Source: Promethearchaeota archaeon (GTDB lineage Archaea > Asgardarchaeota > Lokiarchaeia > Sigyniarchaeales > SOKP01). From it: a stretch of DNA of 13,010 bases. A program made the position numbers and the translations under genes. Below the pieces are notes generated by a model. It saw nothing but the letters and a program-made list of their open reading frames with translations. It made no database searches and had not been told where the DNA came from. The stretch lies in NCBI GenBank assembly GCA_016839585.1, contig JAEOTZ010000086.1:1-13010 (forward strand), read 5' to 3'. This document shows, piece after piece, positions 1 through 7,296 of the stretch (within the stretch, counting starts at the first letter, position 1; every line of letters begins with the position of its first letter).

Positions 1-4
1 GACT

Positions 5-445
5 ATGAGCGCGAACAAAGATTTACATGAAACATCAATTATTATTGATACTGGAGTTTTAGTTGAATTACTTGAAAATTCAGAATTGGGAAAAATATTT
101 TCTAAACATTTCTTAGAAAATCCACAATTCGAAAGATATTATATCAGTCCAATAACTGATACTGAACTCAAATACATATTTTGCAGGCGAAATGGGTATC
201 AAGAAGCAAAAAAGATTGTATCTGATTTTTTAAAAGATTTCATTATCTGTTCCGAAAGTATCTTAAGAGATGATGCCTTTCGGTTAAAATGCAATTTTCC
301 AATCTCTCTTGCAGATTCTTATTCATTAGCGGTTGCAATAGTTCTTAATATTCCATTATGCATGAAGAAGGAAAAAGAAATTCTAAATAACATAGAAAAA
401 TTATCATCTGAAGTAAAAATGATGTTCATTGATGATTATATTTAA
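5..445 (+). CDS. vapC: PIN-domain (VapC-like) ribonuclease/toxin
   Basis: 146 aa with N-terminal strand IIIDTG (first Asp), SPITDTEL (Glu), and ISLADSYSLAVA (Asp helix), matching the PIN layout. A cognate antitoxin would lie upstream, outside the window. Confidence 0.8.
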   Translation: MSANKDLHETSIIIDTGVLVELLENSELGKIFSKHFLENPQFERYYISPITDTELKYIFCRRNGYQEAKKIVSDFLKDFIICSESILRDDAFRLKCNFPISLADSYSLAVAIVLNIPLCMKKEKEILNNIEKLSSEVKMMFIDDYI

Positions 446-538
446 AAATCCAAAGATTACACCTTCTAATATTACCACTATAGCATAAAAATATAGAGCC
501 TTAAATTTAAAGTCAATTGATTATTTATTTGTGTAATT

Positions 539-1321
539 ATGCCAGAACTTCCAGAAGTGGAGACATTTAAACGATATTTAGATAAAACATCTTTAAAACA
601 AATGATTAAAGAAGTTAAAATAATTGATGATAGAGTTTTAAATATCGATGATTCTTATCTATTAAAATCAATTATAGATAAACAATTCGAATCGTCCAAG
701 CGACATGGAAAATATCTTCTTGTTTATCTCAAACCAAAATATCTTGTGTTGCATTTTGGTATGACTGGAGATTTAGAATATTATAACAAAAAAGATGATG
801 ACCCTAAATACAGTAAAGTCATATTTCAATTCAAGAATGACTATAATTTAGCTTATATATCTCGTAGAATGTTTGGAAAATTAGATATCGTTGATTCAAT
901 TCAGGAATTCATCGCAAAGAAAAAATTAGGACCAGATGCATTTAAAATGAGCCTTGAAGAATTTAAAGAAGCCACTAACCGAAGAACTGCTATCCTTAAA
1001 AATGCTTTATTAAATCAAAGCTTTGTTGCTGGGATTGGTAATATTTATTCTGATGAAATTTTATTCAGAACAAAATTACATCCCAAAGCTAAAATTGACA
1101 CTTTAAATGAAAGTAAAATAAAAGAGTTGTACGATAATATTAAGGGAGTTTTGAAGTTTGGAATAGAAAAACAAGGTGATTTAAGTGGATATCCAAACAG
1201 CTTTCTAATACCGCACCGCAAGAAAGAGGAACAATGTCCAATCTGTAATTCTGAAATTGAACGTTTTGAACTTTCTGGAAGACATGGATTCTATTGTCCA
1301 AGCTGTCAAAAAGAATCATGA
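539..1321 (+). CDS. mutM: Formamidopyrimidine-DNA glycosylase/AP lyase (Fpg/Nei family)
   Basis: N-terminal PELPEVE catalytic motif, RHGKYL, HFGMTG, RRMFG, H2TH motif LLNQSFVAGIGNIYSDEILF, and C-terminal zinc finger CPIC...GRHGFYCPSCQ. Confidence 0.95.
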   Translation: MPELPEVETFKRYLDKTSLKQMIKEVKIIDDRVLNIDDSYLLKSIIDKQFESSKRHGKYLLVYLKPKYLVLHFGMTGDLEYYNKKDDDPKYSKVIFQFKNDYNLAYISRRMFGKLDIVDSIQEFIAKKKLGPDAFKMSLEEFKEATNRRTAILKNALLNQSFVAGIGNIYSDEILFRTKLHPKAKIDTLNESKIKELYDNIKGVLKFGIEKQGDLSGYPNSFLIPHRKKEEQCPICNSEIERFELSGRHGFYCPSCQKES

Positions 1322-1360
1322 TTACTGTGCGATGAGAATATTGATCACAGTAATTTTAAA
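1321..1360. terminator. Putative hairpin/terminator between convergent mutM and the DUF4177-like gene
   Basis: Perfect 9-bp inverted repeat ATTACTGTG (1321-1329) / CACAGTAAT (1346-1354) with a 16-nt loop, starting at the last base of the mutM stop and followed by T/A tracts. Confidence 0.45.
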
Positions 1361-1424
1361 AAAATATTTTTAAAGATTTTAATTCTCAAGAACCAAATAA
1401 GCAATGACAGATAGAGGCCTTTTT

Positions 1425-1580
1425 TTAACTCTTCTCTCTTTCAAAGACTAAGTAAAATGAAGCAACTAATTTTAATTCCCATCCCTCAATTGCCTGATCA
1501 TTTATGATCTTTTCGAATTCCTTCGCATGCTTTGGGCTCGAGTAGATATTACCTACCGTTTCTACCTTATATTCTTTCAA
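1425..1580 (-). CDS. Small DUF4177-like protein (51 aa), absent from the ORF track
   Basis: Manual translation from TTG at 1580: MKEYKVETVGNIYSSPKHAKEFEKIINDQAIEGWELKLVASFYLVFEREKS*. The EYKV...IN...EGWEL...FER pattern is typical of DUF4177. GGTGA lies about 8 nt upstream; an alternative GTG start is at 1592. Confidence 0.8.
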   Translation of the reverse strand: MKEYKVETVGNIYSSPKHAKEFEKIINDQAIEGWELKLVASFYLVFEREKS

Positions 1581-1641
1581 TTTTATTATCACCCTATAAA
1601 TATAACATTATAAAATAAATAAAATAACAAAATAAAATTAA

Positions 1642-1920
1642 TTATTGAGTTGAGGTTGATTCCTCTTTTGAAGGCATATAGAAAAAGATCCCTATAAGAA
1701 TAATAATAAACAAGACAAACCCTATACCAAGCCCTATTAAGATGTCCAACCAGAAGAATCTTACAAGAAATTTACCAAAAGGATATCCAGGTTGATTATC
1801 TGTTAATAATTTATAATGAACTGCTGTTGTTAACACAATACCTATTATCGCACTTATAATCGTGAATATTATTAGGGCAGCTTTCCATTTTTTTGACTTT
1901 TCTCCCTCTTTAGATGCCAT
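1642..1920 (-). CDS. Small hypothetical membrane protein (2 TM)
   Basis: 92 aa with two long hydrophobic stretches (ALIIFTIISAIIGIVLTTAV; ILIGLGIGFVLFIIILIGIFFY), a charged N-terminus and an ATG start. Confidence 0.75.
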   Translation of the reverse strand: MASKEGEKSKKWKAALIIFTIISAIIGIVLTTAVHYKLLTDNQPGYPFGKFLVRFFWLDILIGLGIGFVLFIIILIGIFFYMPSKEESTSTQ

Positions 1921-2082
1921 CTTTACTGCCTTTTAGACTTTTTTTTATTGTTAAATGATAAGTTTTTTTACAAATTTATATATCTTGATTAATTGGATAT
2001 ACTTATGCCAAAAACTTAAAATTTCAAAAAGTAATTATTATATTATCCAGATTAAAATCTTACAAAACCAAACTTTTAAAGG

Positions 2083-2736
2083 GTGTCTTCAATAGTTCGA
2101 TTTACAGCAAATAATAAAGCTTTCATAAAGATTCTCTATTGGGGTATGGCAGCATCGGGAAAGACGACGATAGTTGACACACTTTATAGACTAACAAAAG
2201 AAAGTGAAAAAGATATAGTGCCGATAGGTGATTTAACTAAAATTTCTATGGCAAGCGGTGCTACTTTATATTTTGATCGAGGAACATTTCAATCAACCAA
2301 CCAAAAAGGTAAAAGAAATATAACTTTCCATGTGTACACCGTTGCAGGTCAAAAAAAATTCTCTCCATTAAGAAAGAAGATATTTGAGGGAACTGATGGT
2401 GTAATTTTTACAGTTGATTCCCAAACATATTTATTTGAAGATAATATTGAGTCCTTAAAGGAACTAAAACAGACAGCAAGAGGAAAATTAATCAAAGAAA
2501 TTCCTCTCATAGTAATGCTAAATAAGCAAGATTTAAAGAATGTAATTGGAAAGGAAGATTTCAAACATGTCTTAATAGATGAAAAACTATGGTTTGAACC
2601 AGATCATGAATTATATAATCAGAATCCCATTATTTATAAAACCTGTGCATTATATGACAAAAGAAAAGATGTTTATCGCAGTTTTTCTGAATGTGCGAGA
2701 CGAACGCAAAATTATCACAATTATGGATTTATGTAA
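2083..2736 (+). CDS. MglA-like small GTPase (Ras/Arf superfamily)
   Basis: G1 GMAASGKT after KILYW; switch I TLYFD (MglA TLFFD); MglA-type G3 substitute YTVAGQ (TVPGQ); DGVIFTVDS; G4 NKQD; G5 TCA. GTG start. Confidence 0.9.
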   Translation: MSSIVRFTANNKAFIKILYWGMAASGKTTIVDTLYRLTKESEKDIVPIGDLTKISMASGATLYFDRGTFQSTNQKGKRNITFHVYTVAGQKKFSPLRKKIFEGTDGVIFTVDSQTYLFEDNIESLKELKQTARGKLIKEIPLIVMLNKQDLKNVIGKEDFKHVLIDEKLWFEPDHELYNQNPIIYKTCALYDKRKDVYRSFSECARRTQNYHNYGFM

Positions 2737-2775
2737 ATGTTTCCCCCTATTCCACCTGAAAAAAATTATTCATAT

Positions 2776-2795
2776 TTTTTAATTATGGTTAATTG
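2776..2795 (+). repeat. 20-bp upstream/start-region repeat, copy 1 (TTTTTAATTATGGTTAATTG)
   Basis: Identical to 3447-3466 and at the same offset from the start of each zinc-ribbon gene. Confidence 0.85.
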
Positions 2796-3437
2796 GAATT
2801 ATTTATGAGATCTAATGAAAATGAATTAGATATCCCTAATAAATGTCCAAAATGTGGAAAACCATTAGAAATCCGTCATGGAGATTATGGGACTTACCTG
2901 GACTGTACTGAATATCCTAAATGTAAATACACTCAAGATATTTCAAGAAAAAAAACTACTAAAACTCGAGCAAGTATACCTTCTGTTTGCCCTAAATGTG
3001 GAAATAAATTAGCTATATATATGGGAAAGTTCGGCATTTTCCTCGCTTGTAATGGCTATCCTAAATGTAATTTTTCATATAACTTCGAGGATCCTACTAA
3101 TATCTCTTGTCCTAAGTGTGGCAAAATTATGAGAGAACGAAAAGGAAATTATGGCTTATTTTATGGTTGTAGTGGTTATCCCGACTGTAAATTTACATTC
3201 GATTTGAGAATTAAAGAGAAAAAAATCCAAAAACCTAAGAAGATGTTCGATCTAACTAGTAAGATTCTAAAAATTGATAAAGAAACCATAACTATTGATA
3301 AAGAAACTGTAATTCAAAGGGGGACTATAATATATTGCCCTCGATGTGATAATATGTTACGCTCAATAACTGTTCCCAGCGGGAAATTAATTTATTTTTG
3401 TAAAAGCTGCAATATAGGATATGAAAATCTAACTTAG
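2793..3437 (+). CDS. Stand-alone zinc-ribbon array protein A: 3 topoisomerase-type C4 ribbons (zf-C4_Topoisom/YrdD-like) plus a different C-terminal C4 ribbon
   Basis: Three CPKCG..L/M....G.[YF]G.[FY]..C..YP.C repeats, a Lys-rich linker, then CPRCDNML...CKSC. No TOPRIM or topoisomerase core. The true start may be ATG 2805. Confidence 0.88.
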   Translation: MELFMRSNENELDIPNKCPKCGKPLEIRHGDYGTYLDCTEYPKCKYTQDISRKKTTKTRASIPSVCPKCGNKLAIYMGKFGIFLACNGYPKCNFSYNFEDPTNISCPKCGKIMRERKGNYGLFYGCSGYPDCKFTFDLRIKEKKIQKPKKMFDLTSKILKIDKETITIDKETVIQRGTIIYCPRCDNMLRSITVPSGKLIYFCKSCNIGYENLT

Positions 3438-3446
3438 GATAAAAAC

Positions 3447-3466
3447 TTTTTAATTATGGTTAATTG
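3447..3466 (+). repeat. 20-bp upstream/start-region repeat, copy 2
   Basis: Identical to 2776-2795, 671 bp downstream. Confidence 0.85.
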
Positions 3467-4141
3467 TATTTATTAATGAAGTCTAATGAAAATGAGCCAG
3501 ATATACCTGAAAAATGTCCTCAATGTGGCAGCGACCTACAGGAACGAGAGGGAAAATATGGAAAATTCTTAGGTTGTACCAACTTTCCAGAGTGTAGATA
3601 TACATATGATTTGAGTGGTGATACTACTAATATTAAATGTCCTGATTGTGGAAAGAATTTAAGATTCCGTAGCAGTAGCTATGGTCGATTTTTAAGCTGT
3701 AGTGGTTATCCCGATTGTAAATTTGCATATAATCCAAACTTCACGGAACACAGGGATGTTTTCTGTCCTAATTGTGGAAAAGTTTTAGAAATGAGAACAA
3801 TTGATGGTGAAAAGTATTTAGGTTGTACAGGACATCCTGATTGCGATTTTAAACTCGATTGGGTTGATGTTCCAGAACAAGTTGAGAAAAAACAGATATA
3901 TCCCAAGTGTCCTAAATGTGGAAGCGAATTAGCAAAACGGAGAGGAAAATATGGTATTTTCTTGGGTTGTGTGAATTATCCTCAGTGTAGATTCGCATTT
4001 AATCCAGAATTCGAAAAGCAAGAAGATATTTTTTGTCCTGAATGTGAAAAAGTTTTGCAAGTTAAAATGGGAAAATATGGGAAATTTGTAAGTTGTTCTG
4101 GATTTCCAGATTGTAGATATACCTTTGATTTAAGAAATTAA
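3464..4141 (+). CDS. Stand-alone zinc-ribbon array protein B: 5 topoisomerase-type C4 ribbons
   Basis: Five repeats: CPQC..CTNFPEC, CPDC..CSGYPDC, CPNC..CTGHPDC, CPKC..CVNYPQC, CPEC..CSGFPDC, most with G.YG.F.GC hairpins. Paralog of the upstream gene (SNENE.DIP.KCP N-terminus). The true start may be ATG 3476. Confidence 0.9.
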   Translation: MYLLMKSNENEPDIPEKCPQCGSDLQEREGKYGKFLGCTNFPECRYTYDLSGDTTNIKCPDCGKNLRFRSSSYGRFLSCSGYPDCKFAYNPNFTEHRDVFCPNCGKVLEMRTIDGEKYLGCTGHPDCDFKLDWVDVPEQVEKKQIYPKCPKCGSELAKRRGKYGIFLGCVNYPQCRFAFNPEFEKQEDIFCPECEKVLQVKMGKYGKFVSCSGFPDCRYTFDLRN

Positions 4142-4240
4142 TGAAAATATCTAAAGTTCAGTCTTATATATTACGGTCGTGGTTAAAACTTATATTTTAG
4201 CGAATAATATTGCAAATTATAATAAAGGGAGATTATTTAG

Positions 4241-4939
4241 ATGGCAAAATTTTTAACTACTCTTGAAACATCCGCTAAAATAGAAAAGATTATAAGACAA
4301 GCTAAGGAAGAATTAACCTTAATTACACCTTATTTAAAATTAACTCAAATCTTTCATGACCGTCTAATAGAAGCTGGTAATAGAAATGTTAACATTAAAC
4401 TAATTTATGGTAAAGAAGAACTTAATCCTGAGGATTTAGTAAATCTAAAAGAATTTAATAACCTGGAACTTTATTTCTGTGAGAATTTACATGCCAAATG
4501 TTATTTTAATGAAAATTTAATGGTAATTTCTTCAATGAATTTACATGAATTTTCTCAAACTAATAATCGAGAAATGGGGGTGCAAATCAAACTTGAAGAA
4601 GATCCAGAACTATTTAATGATGCAAAAAATGAAGCAATTTCTATTATTAAAGCTTCAGTAAAAGAAACAAGTGAATCAAAAATTTCAGGTTTAGAAGAAT
4701 ATAAAGAAAAGTATCAGGATAAAGGGTATTGCTTGAGATGTAAAACTGAAGTTGAGTTTAACCCTCAAAGACCATTATGTAGACCATGTTATGAAGTATG
4801 GAATAAATTTGCTGATCCATATTATCAAGAAAAATTCTGTCATAAATGTGGTAAAGATACACAAACATCATATGCACATCCCTTATGTAAAGACTGTTGG
4901 CAAGAGACTAAAAATAAACATAATTCATTAATTTCTTGA
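4241..4939 (+). CDS. Single-HKD phospholipase D-superfamily putative nuclease with C-terminal tandem C4 zinc fingers
   Basis: ITPYL, then LHAKCYFNE (HxK(x)4E variant), SSMNL and NNREMG, the Nuc/BfiI-like PLD signature. C-terminal two copies of C-x2-C-x12-C-x2-C (CLRC..PLCRPCY; CHKC..PLCKDCW). Confidence 0.85.
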   Translation: MAKFLTTLETSAKIEKIIRQAKEELTLITPYLKLTQIFHDRLIEAGNRNVNIKLIYGKEELNPEDLVNLKEFNNLELYFCENLHAKCYFNENLMVISSMNLHEFSQTNNREMGVQIKLEEDPELFNDAKNEAISIIKASVKETSESKISGLEEYKEKYQDKGYCLRCKTEVEFNPQRPLCRPCYEVWNKFADPYYQEKFCHKCGKDTQTSYAHPLCKDCWQETKNKHNSLIS

Positions 4940-5737
4940 AATAGTAGAAATGAATTTTATCCAAAGAATTGACAAGATGAGAGGGATAAATTTTGCGAAT
5001 AATAACATATAGAAGACCCTTATTTCGATTGATGCGTTTGGTGTAAAAAGCCATAATGAATCAAGGGCATTACTCAAATAATGTAAAATAATACCTGGTA
5101 TGAGGGAGTTTGTTTTTAGGACTAAATATCCCCAGAGTAGTCCCATACCGACCGCCCAAATAACTTGAGCTGTAGTAAAAACAAAATGTTCATAATTAAA
5201 CTCATGAAGCAGATTTGCATAATGTACTACTCCAAAAATAACTGCGGAAATAATTAAGGATTTTTTTTCAGAAATGGTTGCCAATAATAGAGTTAATATG
5301 ATCCCTCGAAACATTATTTCTTCAAATAGTCCAGCGTTAATATTAAGTAGCCAATATGACTCAGGAGGTAATATTCGAGAAGTATCGAAACTGTATTGCC
5401 CATAGATTAACGATCCAATAAGTTGAAAGATAACAAAAATCAAATAACAACTTACAGTATAAAATATTATTCTCGAAAAAGGGCGATAATTAGTAAAATG
5501 AATCCCATCTAAATAGTCTCGAAATGTATCGTAGTTTTTTGGGAGTTTATAAACAAATGGGACTATTAAGAATACTAATGAGCACCAAAATATGAATGTT
5601 ATAACAATTTGAATGATCTGGTCGACATTTTGATCGATAGAGGGAATTAATAAAGATATAAAGGCAGCAGCAACAACTATAGCTAAATTTGTAGCTATTA
5701 AAATAATGATTGATTTAATGGGTTTGTCAGCTAGCAT
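4928..5737 (-). CDS. CPBP-family intramembrane glutamic protease (type II CAAX/Abi-like)
   Basis: Multi-TM protein with EEIMFRG (EExxxR), FGVVH (FxxxH) and HYLSN (HxxxN). Its 3' end overlaps the PLD gene by 12 bp. Confidence 0.92.
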   Translation of the reverse strand: MLADKPIKSIIILIATNLAIVVAAAFISLLIPSIDQNVDQIIQIVITFIFWCSLVFLIVPFVYKLPKNYDTFRDYLDGIHFTNYRPFSRIIFYTVSCYLIFVIFQLIGSLIYGQYSFDTSRILPPESYWLLNINAGLFEEIMFRGIILTLLLATISEKKSLIISAVIFGVVHYANLLHEFNYEHFVFTTAQVIWAVGMGLLWGYLVLKTNSLIPGIILHYLSNALDSLWLFTPNASIEIRVFYMLLFAKFIPLILSILWIKFISTISRN

Positions 5738-5986
5738 TTTTCAATGACATTGATTTTATATTTAAAGTTGGTTTGAGATAATATAAGATATTAGGAGTCC
5801 ATTTTTAAAACCTTAAATTATTCAGTTTTTAAATATTCCAATTTACGAGCGCTAAAAAATGATATTTTGGTATTAATGGACAGTTTATAGATGGCTTAAT
5901 TGAGAATTCTCTTTCATAGTTATCAAACAAATTTTTTAATATGGTTTAAATTTGCTTATTCAATGAAAATTTTTATTATTTAAAAG

Positions 5987-7255
5987 TTGATGATGATACA
6001 AAAAGGATATTCTAAAATAATTGGAAATAATCTGACCTTACGAGTAGCTATTGATGATACAGATGAATTTCAAAGGTTTCTTTCATTTAATGTAACTGTG
6101 CATCAAGAAGAATCCTTAAAAAAATATATAAGTCGCTTATATTTGGAGCATCCCAAGAGAGACGAAATCTATTGGATTTATATAGAAAAAAAGGATTCCA
6201 ATAAAATAGTTTCTTCTATTACACTAATGCCATTAGAATGGAATTTTAATGGAATACCAATTCCTATATGTGAAATGGGGCTTGTAGGTACTCTACCTGA
6301 ATATAGAAATAGGGGGCTTATGGGAATTATGAATAAATTATATGAGAACATCATGAGACAAGAAGGATACCTCCTTTCTGTAATTAGAGGGATTCCCTAT
6401 TATTATCGAAGATTTGGATATGAATTTGCTTTAAATCTTGACGAACGCATATTATTAAATAAAAGTCAAGTCCCTTCAAGAAAACTTGAAATGATTTCTT
6501 TTCAAAAAGCTACAAAACAAGACTTAGCATTCATTAAATCGATTTATAATAAAGAACAAGAAAGATTTTTTGTAACAAACAGATTTAATTCAGATAATTT
6601 TATGTGTAAGTTCATGAATGATGATTTTGACGATAATTTTTTAAGTACATTTCTTATCAAGATAAAAGGAAAGCCAATTTCTTTTTTTTCTATTGGCATG
6701 TCTTATGATAATGTTGCTTTTTCACTTATAGTTCCGGAAGTCAATGAAGAAAGTATGATTAAGATTTTACAATACGTTAAAACCCTTAATGAGAAAAAGG
6801 ATCAAATTGTCTTTCACGTAAATTCTGACACAAAATTTGCCCAATATATTTGCTCAATAGGAGGAAAGAGAGATTTAGGTTACGGCTGGCAAATCAGAAT
6901 CCCAAATATCAAAGAATTTTTGCAAGCTATTAGTCCAGTATTAGAACAAAGAATAGAAAGATCTTCATATAAAGGATTATCTCAAGATATTGTAATTAGT
7001 GATTATAGAGAGAGCTTTACTTTAAGATTTAAAAATGGGAAAGTTGAAAATTTTGAGGTAAAAAAAGGATATCCTTTTCCAGGAAGTTGCGATGTTCAAA
7101 TACCTAACTCAACTTTAATAAAATTACTTCTTTCAGATAAAACATTTGAAGAAATTAAATATATTCTCAAAGATTCAATTTTGAAACCAGGATCAGAAAA
7201 ATTGATCAAAATTCTATTTCCAAAAAAACCATCTATTCCTGATACATATTACTAA
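5987..7255 (+). CDS. Eis-like GNAT acetyltransferase
   Basis: Acetyl-CoA motif VGTLPEYRNRGLMG and YYRRFGYE; about 420 aa with a probable second GNAT domain and an SCP2-like C-terminus ending in an aromatic residue (PDTYY). ATG alternatives at 5990 and 5993. Confidence 0.8.
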   Translation: MMMIQKGYSKIIGNNLTLRVAIDDTDEFQRFLSFNVTVHQEESLKKYISRLYLEHPKRDEIYWIYIEKKDSNKIVSSITLMPLEWNFNGIPIPICEMGLVGTLPEYRNRGLMGIMNKLYENIMRQEGYLLSVIRGIPYYYRRFGYEFALNLDERILLNKSQVPSRKLEMISFQKATKQDLAFIKSIYNKEQERFFVTNRFNSDNFMCKFMNDDFDDNFLSTFLIKIKGKPISFFSIGMSYDNVAFSLIVPEVNEESMIKILQYVKTLNEKKDQIVFHVNSDTKFAQYICSIGGKRDLGYGWQIRIPNIKEFLQAISPVLEQRIERSSYKGLSQDIVISDYRESFTLRFKNGKVENFEVKKGYPFPGSCDVQIPNSTLIKLLLSDKTFEEIKYILKDSILKPGSEKLIKILFPKKPSIPDTYY

Positions 7256-7296
7256 TTTTTTAAATTTCATAGTCTCATCTTATTTCTTTTACCATA

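Noticed and set aside
2349-2782. ORFs 2349..2564 (-) and 2579..2782 (+)
   Set aside because: Shadow ORFs overlapping the well-supported GTPase, with no motifs.
3706-3906. 66-aa minus-strand ORF
   Set aside because: Antisense to zinc-ribbon gene B, with no recognisable features.
2793-4141. Fragments or pseudogene of topA (topoisomerase I C-terminus)
   Set aside because: There is no TOPRIM or core domain nearby. Both ORFs are intact, with their own homologous N-termini and upstream element.
2776-4141. CRISPR array or DGR template/variable repeat pair
   Set aside because: The repeats are in-frame protein repeats with no spacer periodicity, the one mismatch in the best-aligned segment is C/T rather than adenine-specific, and no reverse transcriptase or cas gene is in the window.
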